A stretch of 63,492 bases of DNA, filler included, from Elsinoe ampelina (lineage: Eukaryota): the NCBI GenBank assembly GCA_010093995.1. It is 3 parts of 3 records of this genome, joined end to end, with 100 filler letters (N's around TTAATTAATTAA, not from the genome) between each part and the next. Parts side by side here need not be neighbours in the genome. Positions count along the whole stretch, not along the records: positions 1 to 26,056 come from ML992559.1; positions 26,157 to 51,237 come from ML992560.1; 1 more part is not named here. One strand, 5' to 3'. The notes below the pieces were generated by a model. That model was given only the letters and a program-made list of their open reading frames with translations, made no database searches and had not been told where the DNA came from. Position 1 is the stretch's first letter; each line of letters begins with the position of its first letter. Positions 22,676 to 34,727 of the stretch are shown here, one piece after another. Both the position numbers and the translations under genes were made by a program.

Positions 22676-25330
22676 TCATACTCTGAGCTTGGTCAAGACA
22701 GCTCCAAGTCTGTCCGTGAAACCTTCCCATCCTTCTTGTCCCTCATCTATTCGTCTGTGGTAGCCAAGGAACTCTTCGACTGCTCCAATCAGACCTTCCA
22801 AGCCGCCCATCTGTTTCGAGATTACTGCCTTGGCCTTGTTATTCAGACACAAGTTACCAAGCAGGACTGCAAGGTAGCCGTAGGCCACATTCCCCCGACT
22901 TTCCTCCATCGAATCTGCCTGGCTTGAAGCTTCTCGTCCCTTCAGGAAGCTCTGCACAAGCGGCCCGAGAGGATCACTCTCCTTTCCTGGCAGACTTGCT
23001 CGGCGAACTGTGTCGGAGTGTTCAGCCAGATTGATGGCCAGCCCAAGGGACAGTAAGAGACCATCCAGTGTCGCATTATCGACACTTGCGAGGCTCGATT
23101 GCAATGTGAAGACGGATCCAATGTGTTGGAGCAGGCGATTTGACCCACAATCCGTGGTTGCAAAGAGTGAGCAATTTGCCGGCTGATTGTTGGTCAGGTT
23201 GAGAAGCAGACGAAGGGTGAGCGTAAGGTCAGACGCTTGTGGTGCCAGAAGACGACCGAAGAACCCGATCAAGACTTTGAGGATTGAAGACGTCCAGCTC
23301 TTCGCGGCAGACACGGAATAGACTGTAATCGAGATTGATTCGGCTTCCAAAGTCGATAGCGCAAGACTTCGCTTCAGTAGCTGGTCGGGATCATCAATCT
23401 TCTCGGACACATGAGCTACCACAGCTTGAAGCTTGGAGGCACTTGGAAGAAGAGACTGGCGCTGGCCGTTCTTTCGAGCTTTGAGAACGATTGCTTCCAG
23501 CGCTCTGAGCGCAAGAACATCCATGGTGATAGTCTTTGGTTTCGATGATCTCCAGAATGACGATTCACTCAGAGACCCCATGAAGTCAATGTACGAATCA
23601 CGAGACATGCGAGCCATATTGCTCTCACGGTCCTTTGCTATGCTGGTGATAGAGCGCCTGTTGGATATGCTCCCACTCTCCGATAGCCAATTCGTCGAAG
23701 ATGTCAATTCCTCAACAGTATGCCGTGGCAAGTCTAGATCAGCGAGCCGAGCGAGAATCACGAGCAGGATAGAATCGCTGACAACGTCCGCAGGCTTGCT
23801 TGGTCCACAAGTCTGAACCACAGTACTTATAAATCCGTGATCAGCAAAGCGTGTTGCAAAGTCGAGGTCCTCCAGCTTGCTGGACAGATCCATCAAGGCA
23901 CTTCGGCGTTTGGACCAGCCAGATCGAGATGTGTCTTTGACATCGTCCAGCAGTATCTCTACGTCGTCAAGGAAACGCTTCTTAGTGCCTGCAGCGCGTA
24001 GCTCATGTATGCTGCGGATGCCCTGCGAGGGTTCATCGTCTGATTCCAGATCCATCTCGTCCCGAGCAGGGGCATTCTTGGTAGGTCTGGGCGGGAGGTC
24101 GGCCAGTGGTATGAGAAGACTGTCTTCGAGGCTGACCTCCTGCAGATATGATCGCGTCTGCGCATAGGTTGTTCTCTGACCAGCAGTCCCTTGACTATTC
24201 GCAGGCCCACCCTGACTGGCGTTCACCGCTACCGGTACTTCTGCTTCAAGATCCTCTTCTTCGGACGAGCTCATCTCTTCGTCGTCTTCTACTTGACTGT
24301 CTTGCTTCAATCGATCGGCTAGTCTCATACCTTTCGATTTGAGTGGTGGAGAATGGAGTTGCGGATGTGTCGACTTTTTGTCCTTGGGATCTTTAGAGTC
24401 AGAGCGCGATCTTGCCTTGTCCTCTGCATGCTGGAGAGCTGCTGCTGTCGTTCCTACATCGGTCGGTCCAGGCTCCAGTAACTGGTCCCACAATTTTGTC
24501 TGCTTTGGCGTGATCGAGGATGAAGCTTTGAGAAGTGGCGGTCGAGCTTGACTTCGCGGTGGTGTTTGAGTATTGTTTGGCTGAGGGCGTCTGCGGACTG
24601 GGATCTGAGGACTCTCCACAAGTGTATCTTCTTCCAGGATAGTTTCGTCGACCATGTGTGCGAGTCGCGCCGGAGCCGAGACACCCTCCTGAAGTGATCT
24701 TCTGGTCGAGGATGGCTTTTGCGATGTTGATGCTGCGGTATTGACGGCAAAAGCACGAGGTCTCTCTGAACTTGCAGACCCATTGGTTCTAACGTAAGTC
24801 TTTGGTGCCACTTCTTTGGTCTGTGACCCATGGCTCCCGGCTCTCTTCCTCTTCTTAGAAGGCTGTTCTTCGCTCGCTTGTTCCACTGTGGCTGTGGATT
24901 TTGCCTGCCTTATCTGTGGTTCCTTTGATGCAGCTCTGGTTCTCAAGTACCTGGTATCCTTCTGCTTTGCGATATCGGCCATGCCCTTCGCTGGCTCCTG
25001 CTCTCTTACCCCTGTTGGAAGGGTGTTGGCCTCATTACGAACTTTTCTGGAAACAGCCACCGGTTGCTTGACAGGAGTATGGTCGGAGTCAGAAGAAGGT
25101 ACGTCGAAGTCGTCCAATTGTTCGTGCTTGTTGGTTGAGCGAGGATCGGCAAGTGAGGACGGCTTGGGGGTCTTGTGCAATGTGTTGTGTCGTACGAGTG
25201 AGGTCTGTGGGCGCTCTACAGTGAGTGTCTTCTGCTTCGGCTGCTTGGGCAATCTTGATTGTCGCCCGTATGTCACCATCTTCTTTCTACCTTCGACCGG
25301 CGGCGGCGCGCCGAAAATTGCTGCAACCAT
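22676..25330 (-). CDS. WPL1: Wings apart-like (WAPL) cohesin release factor
   Basis: Disordered N-half with a TYGR motif; C-terminal helical domain with SIHELRAAG..RFLDDVE, RRSALMDL, LRLLLNLTNN, GYLAVLLGNLC. Confidence 0.85.
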   Translation of the reverse strand: MVAAIFGAPPPVEGRKKMVTYGRQSRLPKQPKQKTLTVERPQTSLVRHNTLHKTPKPSSLADPRSTNKHEQLDDFDVPSSDSDHTPVKQPVAVSRKVRNEANTLPTGVREQEPAKGMADIAKQKDTRYLRTRAASKEPQIRQAKSTATVEQASEEQPSKKRKRAGSHGSQTKEVAPKTYVRTNGSASSERPRAFAVNTAASTSQKPSSTRRSLQEGVSAPARLAHMVDETILEEDTLVESPQIPVRRRPQPNNTQTPPRSQARPPLLKASSSITPKQTKLWDQLLEPGPTDVGTTAAALQHAEDKARSRSDSKDPKDKKSTHPQLHSPPLKSKGMRLADRLKQDSQVEDDEEMSSSEEEDLEAEVPVAVNASQGGPANSQGTAGQRTTYAQTRSYLQEVSLEDSLLIPLADLPPRPTKNAPARDEMDLESDDEPSQGIRSIHELRAAGTKKRFLDDVEILLDDVKDTSRSGWSKRRSALMDLSSKLEDLDFATRFADHGFISTVVQTCGPSKPADVVSDSILLVILARLADLDLPRHTVEELTSSTNWLSESGSISNRRSITSIAKDRESNMARMSRDSYIDFMGSLSESSFWRSSKPKTITMDVLALRALEAIVLKARKNGQRQSLLPSASKLQAVVAHVSEKIDDPDQLLKRSLALSTLEAESISITVYSVSAAKSWTSSILKVLIGFFGRLLAPQASDLTLTLRLLLNLTNNQPANCSLFATTDCGSNRLLQHIGSVFTLQSSLASVDNATLDGLLLSLGLAINLAEHSDTVRRASLPGKESDPLGPLVQSFLKGREASSQADSMEESRGNVAYGYLAVLLGNLCLNNKAKAVISKQMGGLEGLIGAVEEFLGYHRRIDEGQEGWEGFTDRLGAVLTKLRV

Positions 25331-25710
25331 CTTCGACTGATTGGAGGAGTCGCTCAGAATATCATTGCAGAGATGTGACGTTTCCAGGCTTGCAATCTAT
25401 GTACCCTCGTCTGTTTGTCGAATCGCGTTTGTGCTTCCAAGAGGGTTGCACCGTTAAACGAGAGCGCGTCGGGCATTAAGTTGTGATGCGGTAATCGCGC
25501 TGGAGATGTAGTGTTGCCCAAACAGCAGGTTTATTCCTTCAGGAGCGTCGTTTGTATGCACATGCTCCGTTCTGACAGCGGAGCGAGCGTTTGGTGAAGC
25601 AGTAGCATTCCCTCGTGGTGAGGTGAGGGCGGATTGATCTTTGGGAATTCCACATTGATTCCACATTGCTCTCGCCGCAAACAGAGGCGCAAACCCCGAT
25701 GCAAGCCACA

Positions 25711-26056
25711 TGTTGACTTGTGTGTGGGGAGGGAAAGAGATTTATTACTGCCTGATCCACCAAGGTTAGGTGGATTCTCACTATATAAATACTCAACCTG
25801 ATAAACTAAGAGATAACTGAATTGACAGAACTCCTAAGTTTCAACAGAATAAGACAATAACTGTCTAAATTAATCATGAATTAGTGTAACCGTTAATAAG
25901 TGCTTAGTTCAGCCTTAGGTGTACTAAATTAGGGTCCTTCTTAGCACTATAGCTCTTACCGAGGTTGACACACCCCTTTACTAAATAGCTATAAGTCTAT
26001 TATAGCTAGTTAGTGGACTACTAACTCGAGGGATAGCTATTGTAAGAAGGCCTTAT
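25711..26056 (-). mobile_element. Copia-type LTR retrotransposon 3' end: 260-bp LTR (25711-25970), polypurine tract and RIPed pol tail
   Basis: The minus strand reads TGTCAACC...GTCAACA, preceded by TAAAGGGGTG (PPT). The LTR has TATA-like and AATAAA signals. The adjacent sequence de-RIPs to HKAFLQQLSL, resembling a Copia RNase H end. A second copy lies at 50872-51129. Confidence 0.85.
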
Positions 26057-26156
26057 NNNNNNNNNNNNNNNNNNNNNNNNNNNNNNNNNNNNNNNNNNNN
26101 TTAATTAATTAANNNNNNNNNNNNNNNNNNNNNNNNNNNNNNNNNNNNNNNNNNNN
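26057..26156. other. Artificial assembly spacer N44-TTAATTAATTAA-N44
   Basis: Ns flank a 12-mer that carries stop codons in all six frames; identical to the spacer at 51238-51337. Confidence 0.97.
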
Positions 26157-27059
26157 GCATTAGAAATAGACCTAGAGGTTTTTTTACTTAGAAGTACTTA
26201 GAAGTGAATTAGAACTACGTTTTTCTACTTTCCTGCTTTCAATTTAGAGTTTCTTAGCACATATTATATATTATAATAAACTAGAAAAAATTCTACGTTT
26301 TTTGATATATAATTTGCTTATGTAATATAGCTAGATTATTTTTAGAATTGGACTTAAAGTTTAAACCCTTATCTACTAGTACTTAGAGTAGTATTATATA
26401 AGCAAACTATATATTAAAAAATGCAGAATTTTTTCTAGTTTATAGTAACATATAGGGAAAGTAAATTTACTCTAAATAGACACGTAAAATCGCGAAAAAC
26501 GCGAAAATAGTACGAAAAATAATAAGGTAATATAACTCTTTTAGGATTTTCTAACGTAATCCTAAGTAACAAACTTAATTCCCTAACTCCCTACGAAAAG
26601 TATTTTTGTAACGGAGTAAGTTAAGCGCTAGTATAAATTATAGACTACTCTTTTATATATATTTATAAAGTATAAAGAAAGAGGTAAGGTTTTTAGAGAA
26701 GGTAGTTCTAATAGATAGAGAATAAATTTACGCTATCTTAGTAGTTAATTAGCCTCGCTTATACCTGCGCCTAATTCGGTAATTATATAGATCTAGCTTA
26801 TAATCTAGGTTGCTATAGATAAAGCTAATAGTAGTTACATTTTAAGAGCTAATATACCTACCTTATATAGAGGTTACTAGTATAATTTATATATTAAATA
26901 ATAGAGGCGATAAAGCTATATCAATTAATATAAGAATTAATATATAAATATTTATATAGAATATAAAGTTATCTATAATTACTACCTCTTTAGTCTTTAT
27001 AACCTAGTTATAAAGAAGCCTTAGGCTTAGTACTAACCTTAGCAAATTTATTCTTCTAC
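26157..27059. mobile_element. AT-rich RIP-mutated repeat DNA, unclassified
   Basis: Strong TpA excess and CpA/TpG depletion; no ORFs in the track. Confidence 0.75.
26265..26454. repeat. Imperfect inverted repeat, ~63-bp arms with ~60-bp loop
   Basis: ATAAACTAGAAAAAATTCTACGTTTTTTGATATATAATTTGCTTATGTAATA (left) pairs with TATTATATAAGCAAACTATATATTAAAAAATGCAGAATTTTTTCTAGTTTAT (right). Confidence 0.85.
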
Positions 27060-28412
27060 CTCTATAAACTCTTTAACACCTAAATATTCTTCTACCGATA
27101 GTAGTTAGTAGTTAAATCGTAGCGAAATTAAGTTATACCTCTTTATATAGGTATATATATTAGTTAGAAGCACTATAACTTAATATATTAAAGCGACTAG
27201 CTACTTACCTTTATATAGGCCTTTATTAAAAGCTATATATATCTAATTCTATTAAACCTTACTAAAGCTATTCTTAACTACTATATAGAGTAATAATATT
27301 ATATAGTTAAAATCTAGCTTACTATTACTAAGAAACTACTAGCTAGTCTTATAAGTATAAGGAGCTATAATAGAGGCGCCGAGGTAATAGGTAGCGTTAC
27401 TATAGAGGTATAAGCGCTTACTACTAAGAAGGTATCTAGTATTAATATAGTATAGCTTCTCCTTTATAATCGAGTAATTCTATATAGTCTAGTTATTCTC
27501 TTTACTAACGAAAGAACTAACTAGTAAACTAACTAATCTATTAGGTATTACTATCTCTTAGTACTTAAGGCTATAGCTACTATAATAACTACTATATACC
27601 TCCTACTAATTTACTATTAGCCTCTAGAAGCCTTAGAAGGTACTATCGATAAAGCTCTATATTTAAGAGTAGCTACTAGCGTCCTTAACTACTTTAGTAA
27701 ATTCTTTAATTATGCCTTAGTTATCTAGCCTTAGGTACTATACTATCTTATCTCGAAAGAGCTTATCTATATAGTAAATAACGTTAGTAAAGATACTTAA
27801 TAACTAGCCTTAGTATTAACTAAAGGTATTATAGATATTAGTCTACTAGTTTAGAAAGGTAAGGTAGTATAAGGTAAGGGTTATTACTAGCTCTAGAGGA
27901 GGCTAATTATAGTTACTAAATATAATATTATTTATCTAGAGGAGCTTAGTAAGGCGAGGTATCTAGTTCTTATCGAACCTTATATTATTATAGAAGGTAG
28001 CTATAAACTATATCTCTATACTCTAGTCGAATTAGTAGTAAGGATAAGGCTTATAATATTAATATTTAATTAGCCTCTTCTTCTTTTTACCTTAGCGCCG
28101 AGGGTAGCGACGTACTTAGCGTATATAGTAGCGGTAGAGGTATAGCTAGAAGAGAAGTATCTCTTTCTCTTTCTCTTTTTCTTTTTCTTCTTTATCTATA
28201 ATAGCTATAGTACTAACACCTTTTTAGACAATTTTACGCTCTATACTAACAACGAACTCTTTATAGTGTAGCAATATCAAATTTTAGCTAAGGCCGCTTA
28301 AAAGGTACATCGGCCGCTAGCTATTTTAGTAAGGCTAAAGTATAACTAAGGCGGCTACTAAAAACGCCTGCCGATCCTTGGCTGAACAAACTGAACAGCT
28401 GCTAAAACCACC
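27060..28412 (-). mobile_element. PIF/Harbinger DNA transposon with RIP-inactivated DDE_Tnp_4-type transposase
   Basis: Reversing TpA to CpA/TpG on the minus strand gives RFDKNQIPRLAKLL, IWGFIDGT (27639-27663), HGLKYQGIV, RLYLYGDAAY (27387-27417), AVENSFGK and VLLTNIYTC..PPSVEEYL. Candidate terminus GCTAAAACCACC followed by TAA at 28413-28415. Confidence 0.85.
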
Positions 28413-28701
28413 TAATATATGAATCTACATTTGCCATACCCGAGAAATTCTCGACAGCTAAATGCTGTGCCGAAACAAGTTGCATTGTGTTTAAAAGGTT
28501 GCGCAAAGACCCCGACACGAGGTGTGCCCTGTGCTCCGCAATGCCCAGACCCAACCAATCGGGAGCTTGGGTAAAAGATGCAGTGCTTGATCACTTGCAT
28601 GTACCCTTCTAGGCTTCAATTCATCGAGCTCGTATGGCAGCAACCTAGGCAAATTAATGTCCTTGTACACGAAAGCTCGATCGACATCAGCGTCCATCAA
28701 T

Positions 28702-29871
28702 ATGGAGGTTGTCTTGAGACCCTCGATACACCGCTGGCAGAGGCTCTGTGTCAATGCCTCGAGGCAGCATACATATCAAAAATATCTCCACAGTGGTAGT
28801 ACAAAGTACGCCACGCCTGTCAAGTATCCAAACGTTGCTGGACCGCCACCACAGCCCCCACAAGTACCCGCTGGAGAACCCGAAGATACAACAGCACGAA
28901 AGCAAAAGCAGGCGGAGCTTCTGCGGAAAGGTCAAGCCTTGAAACCCAACCCGGCCAAACCCGCCTCAGTACTTCAGAAGCGATTCTGGAAGGATGTCGG
29001 AGTTGTAGAATCGGAAGGTGAGTATCCGTCACTCAAGTCAAGATCCATTCCATTCTCATGGTGCTAATGTTGTGCAGATGGATTACAGATACTGCTGGAC
29101 AATCGACCGGTCAGGACTGCATCAAAGCAGATTTTGACGCTACCCAAGGGCAAAAGGGGTCTCGCCACTGCTATTGCTTTGGAATGGGATCTACTAGTAT
29201 CAGCCCAACAAGCTCTCAAGCAGAACTACATATTCTTGACGAGTCTGACTTCAAGGGCTGTGGATATTCAGCAGGCAGATGGTCAAGGCGAGACCAAGAT
29301 ACGAGAGGACATCATCAAGATGATGATGCGTTATCTGTCAACAGACACCCTTCTCTGCTGGGCTCCGGAGATCGACGTCAACGACGCCACGGGCATGCAC
29401 GCCAGTCATCAAGGCGAACAACCCACAGCTACCTTACGAGAGAAGCAAATCGCTATTGCGGAGCCTATCATCGCACATCTAAAATCCCACGTCTTTCCAG
29501 GCATCGAGATTGAGCCGATCCTGGAGGAGAACAGCATCATGCCAAGATCACAATCAGAGACTACGTTGCAAGTCATCAAAGGCTGGCTGCACGGTCTGCC
29601 ACCCTTTGAGCTTGCAGCACTGGAGAGAGGTGTGCTCGCTACCAAAAGCTTGCTCATCGCAGTGCGGCTCCTGGTTGACTGGAGTGGGCAATTCAAGCAT
29701 CTGCAGCCGGAGGATCATGCTAGAAAATTCGGTATCGCGCAAGCAGCGGAGGCAAGTACGGTAGAAGTTACCTGGCAGACGAGCATGTGGGGTGAGGTTG
29801 AAGATACGCATGATGTTGATAAAGAGGACGTCGCCAGGCAGTTGGGCAGTGTGATCTTGTTGGTCACTTGA
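28702..29871 (+). CDS. ATP12: Mitochondrial F1-ATPase assembly chaperone Atp12
   Basis: KRFWKDV, intron 29018-29077, ILLDNRPVRT, AIALEWD, YLSTDTLLCW, QTSMWGEVEDTHDVD. Confidence 0.95.
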
Positions 29872-30354
29872 AAAGCATATGAGGCGAATACCTCACACCA
29901 TGTATAGAGCCATGTACGAATACGCGGAAGGGGCAGCATATGCTTACCCAAACATGGATCCTTGCGGATCATCTCTTTTCTCTTCCCGGGCCGTAAACCT
30001 GGAACTGCCCCGAGGTGATAGAACCCTCACAATCTGATGACATTGTCTGGTCCGCCTGAACGCCGCTTGCGTGGGTCGTGGGTCTCGAAAGTGCTCGGTG
30101 AAATTGCCCCGCTCCAAGCGAATCGACCGAACTCGTTCCCTGCATGAACATGATTCCATTGTTGATCGACAACTTGCTTGCGCATCAATTGCTTGCTCCC
30201 ACGTGTTCTCAATTCGTTTATCCTTTACCAATTTCCGGGAATATTTGCTGAGGCTACATCGCTTCTGAAACAAGTCAACGACCTTGATAATGCCACGCAA
30301 CTGCTAGCCTTACCCCAAGCTCCTCCTTCTGCGCAGCATCACAAGACTCATATC

Positions 30355-33300
30355 ATGGCCGACAGGTAAGCATCCCTTCATTGTAGCGCGACTGATCATG
30401 CAGAATCACAATGTTCCTCAGCACAGAGCTAATCTAGATAGTCCGAACAGGCGTTCCAAGTCCCAGATCGCAAAGTCGCTAATACACCGCGTTGCCAGCA
30501 AGCATGAGGTACAGACACTGAACCCTCCTGACGATGGGTTCGGAGATCCCCTACATCACAAAGGGTCGTCCAGCAACCTCTCGGTCACAACATCCATTTC
30601 AGCTTCACGCACCTCGACTGCTGGGAAACGTCCCCATCTTGCGACTACGATGAATCCAGCCGACGAAAGGGTGCAGGACTCTGCACTTCCCGACCCAGAT
30701 GCTACCGAGTCAATGCAGACTGTCCCTGCCGGTGCTTCGATCGAGCAATCTGTCAAGCTATTCAAGGTCTTCGAAGCCCTCAGAAATGCCGACTGGGACA
30801 CCTTGTCTGCGACCGTGGCCGCCGACAACAAAGCAGGGACCGGAGGCAGCCTGGATGGCACTTCGGTCTTACATCTGGCAGTTCAGATTGCCGAGTTGTC
30901 GATGGTTGAGAAGGTGCTAAAGATCAGTAAAGATAAGGAGATCAACGGGATAGACAAAGAGGGTAACACTCCTCTACATATTGCAGCTCAGCTTGGTAGG
31001 ACCCAGGTTGTCAAGCTACTGCTCGATCAGCCTGAGATCAACGAGAGCATCACGAACTTTCAAGGCAAGACACCTCTCGATCTTGCTCGCAACCCAGAAG
31101 TCTTCCAGCATCTCCAGCTGGCCCGGTCATACTACGTGGATTCGCAGTCCAAGAAGATACATGAGCTGATTCAGAATGGCTCTTATGAGGAGCTGGAGGA
31201 TCTCCTCAATGATCAACGCATTCGTACCACACTGGACGTCAATGGCACCGAGTTGGTGACCGATCCTTTGATCATCGAGTCCGGGGGCAGCCTCTTGCAC
31301 GAAGCCGCAAAGAAGAAGGACACAAAGCTCATCCAGCTACTCCTGATGAACGGTGCGGACCCGTTCAGAAGAGATCGGAAAGGCAAACTTCCACAGGACA
31401 TCACAAAGGATGACAAGACAAAGGCAATCCTGAAGAAGAGTCCAGCTGCTGCAGCTGCTCAGCGGGGCATACAAGAGAAGGCCATCCTCGGCTCAGCACA
31501 GAACACGGCACCAGGAGAGGTCTCAATCGGGGCCAAAGAGTCTAGAGAAATGAAGGGTTACTTGAAGAAATGGACAAATTACACCTCTGGCTACAAGTTG
31601 CGCTGGTTCGTTCTCGAGGATGGCGTCCTGAGCTACTACAAACATCAAGACGATGCTGGCTCGGCCTGTCGCGGTGCCATCAACATGCGAGTTGCTAAAC
31701 TCTCTCTGGACCCGAGAGACAAGGAGAGACTTGGATTCGAGATCACGGGCAAGTCATCTGTCAAATACACATTGAAAGGTATGTCATATTCAATGAAGCG
31801 GCCAGGAGCATTCTGACCATCTCCCAGCCAACCACCCAGTCGAAGCGAAGAAGTGGTACTGGCATCTAACAAATGCGATCCAGTACGCCAAGGATGAGGC
31901 ACGCGAAGAGCAGCGACGAGTGAAGGGAGAAGGCGATACTGTTCGAGCACGATCCGTCCAGCTCGATAAGCTGTCCACCAATATTGACGACGGCTCGCTT
32001 GCCCCTCGCGGAGCCAGTGTTGTGCATCTCTCGAGCCCGCTCAGTGCTGCTGGTAGTGTGTCAAACCTCGGCGATGACGAGCGAAGTGCCTATGCGCACA
32101 GTGCCATGGGTGATGAGGCACATCATACCATCAGCAGAGTTGACACAGCCGACAACCTGGACGATGATGATGACTACGGTGACGACGCTAGCAGCAACGA
32201 GGCTCGACCTGCAAGCAAGGACGCCTTCAACATCACTGCTCAGTCAGCAAGGCTTCAGCTTGATCTTCTCGCTCAAGTCTCTACAGCTCTGAACACGACT
32301 AGGAGTGAACAGCCAGACCTCCCCATCTCGGATCCTGCCGTCGACAACGCTTTGACCTCGTACGAAAACGCTGTGCGTAATTTGCGCGAGCTCATCATAT
32401 CCCTGTTGAAAATCTCGAAAGACCACGAGGCCTACTGGCAGTATCGTCTTGACCGAGAAGCGAATGTCAGACGACTTTGGGAAGAGAGTATGACCCGTGT
32501 GGCAAAGGAACAGGAAGAACTTCAAGGCAAGATCGGCGAGTCAGAAGACAAGAGACGCAAGACCAAACGAGCTCTTCGAGAAGTACTAGAAGCACAAGCT
32601 ACGGCAAGTGCAGATACTCGCTCGCGTGGCCAGCCATCAGCCGATGCTTCGAAGATTCAAGAAGCCGTTGAGAGCATTGAGCTTAACGATGAAGGTAAGG
32701 CAGCGGAGATACCAGGGCTCAAGAAGCGCTTGACCATTGCCGACTACACGAACAACGAGATCTCAGATGACGAATCGGAAATCGAGGACGAGTTCTTTGA
32801 TGCCGTCGATGCTGGAGAAGTGGATGTCGTAGAGGACATGCCGGCATCGGCAGTTTCAGCAGGTCCTAAAGACGATGCCACTGCCGAAAAACAAGCTGTA
32901 AGAGAGAAGGAGATTGCCAAATCATATGCTGGATATGAAAACGGTATACGTAAGAGGTTGAAGCTTGATGCTGATAACAGACCCCGAGTCAGCCTTTGGG
33001 TAAGGATAATCTTGCTCACGCATGGTAAGACGTAATCTAACAATTACTAGGCGGTGCTGAAGTCCATGATCGGCAAGGACATGACAAAGATGACTCTACC
33101 CGTCACCTTCAACGAGCCAACCTCTCTGCTTTACCGAGTCGTAGAAGACATGGAGTTTACGAATCTGCTCAACATCGCCGCAGAACGTGCTGACCCGACT
33201 GAGCGCATGGTATATGTGGCAGCCTTCGCTGCGTCTTCGTACGCTAGTACGATCGGACGAGTGGCCAAGCCCTTCAATCCACTTCTGGGAGAGACGTACG

Positions 33301-34300
33301 AATATGTCCGACCAGACCAAGGTTACCGCTTCTTCATCGAGCAAGTCTCGCATCATCCACCTGTCGGTGCCGCCTATGCGGAAGCCCCAAAGTGGGACTA
33401 TTATGTATGTATCGTAAGATGTTCTCTCGGTATCTCGGGTCTGACCAGTAATAGGGCGAGTCATCAGTCAAGTCGAAATTCTACGGCAAGTCTTTCGAAT
33501 TCAACCCCCTTGGTACCTGGTTCCTGCACCTGCGCCCGGACACAGGCAGTCCCAAACAAGAACTCTACACCTGGAAAAAGATCACTTCGTCCGTAGTCGG
33601 CATTATCACCGGCAACCCAGTAGTCGACAACTACGGCCCCATGGAGATCAAGAACCACACCACAGGCGAGACCTGCATCCTTGACTTCAAAGCCCGCGGC
33701 TGGAAAGCCAGCAGCGCCTACATCGTAACCGGCCGCGTTCTCGACGCCTCAGGCAACGTCAAATTCTCCATCGGCGGGCGCTGGAACGACAAGATCTACG
33801 CCCGCTCCACACCCGGACAAGAAGAACCCGTCGGCCCACCGCCCGACTCCTCGTCGTTCGCCGCGCCAGGCATCTCGTCCCCCACCGCCGCCGCCCACCG
33901 CGACACCGCCTTCCTCGTATGGGAAGCCAGTCCGCGCCCCTCGGGCGTACCCTTCAACCTCACCCCCTTCGCCATCACGCTCAACGCCATCGACGAGCAA
34001 CTCAAGCCCCATTTGGCGCCGACGGACACGCGCCTGCGCCCGGACCAGCGCGCGATGGAGGACGGCGAGTATGATTTCGCCGCGACGGAGAAGTTGAGGT
34101 TGGAGGAGGCGCAGAGGGCGAGGAGGCGGGAGAGGGAGCAGAAGGGGGAGGAGTTTGTGCCGAGGTGGTTCAAGGAGGATAGGCATGAGGTTACGGGGGA
34201 GAAGTTTTGGAGGTGGAAGGGGGAGTATTGGGATGTGAGGGATAGGGTGGGGAGGGGAGAGGGGGCGTGGGAGAGGGAGAGGTTGGAGGAGATATTTTAG
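30355..34300 (+). CDS. OSH1: Oxysterol-binding protein with ankyrin repeats, PH domain, FFAT motif and ORD domain (Osh1/Swh1 type)
   Basis: Ankyrin [55 protein letters not shown] and [12 protein letters not shown]. Introns 30366-30441, 31779-31827, 33000-33050, 33405-33454. Confidence 0.93.
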
Positions 34301-34727
34301 TGAGCAGGAGGGGGGCAAGGGTGGAGGAGACGAAAGAGTGGGGGGTAAGGTAGATGAAGTGATGAATGATTATGGTTCCATGTGTTTGCAGCTGCCGAGT
34401 TTGTGATCTGTACATGTCTTTCGAGGCGCGTGTCCCTGTACGTCACCCTCGCCTACTGGTATTTTCACGTGCGCCGTTGTCTCGAAGCTCGGAGTGGGAA
34501 AGACCACACGCGAGCCGGGCCTGTCTTGCCCACTCGTGGCCCATTCGAGCACTGCAGGCGGATCCAATCGGCGCCCGTGGCCCACGACGCAGCATCGTTT
34601 TTTCACGTGGGAGTCGTCTTTTGGATCTGGGATGCCCCAGAGAAAAATGACCAGAAGACCTCACAACCCTGGCCCTCCAACCTCTGCACCTCCATCGGCA
34701 CGCTCTTCGCGTCCCTTGACAAGTCTA

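Noticed and set aside
26101..26112. TTAATTAATTAA palindrome present twice (also 51282-51293)
   Set aside because: It is centred in identical N-runs and is a six-frame-stop scaffolding linker, not biology.
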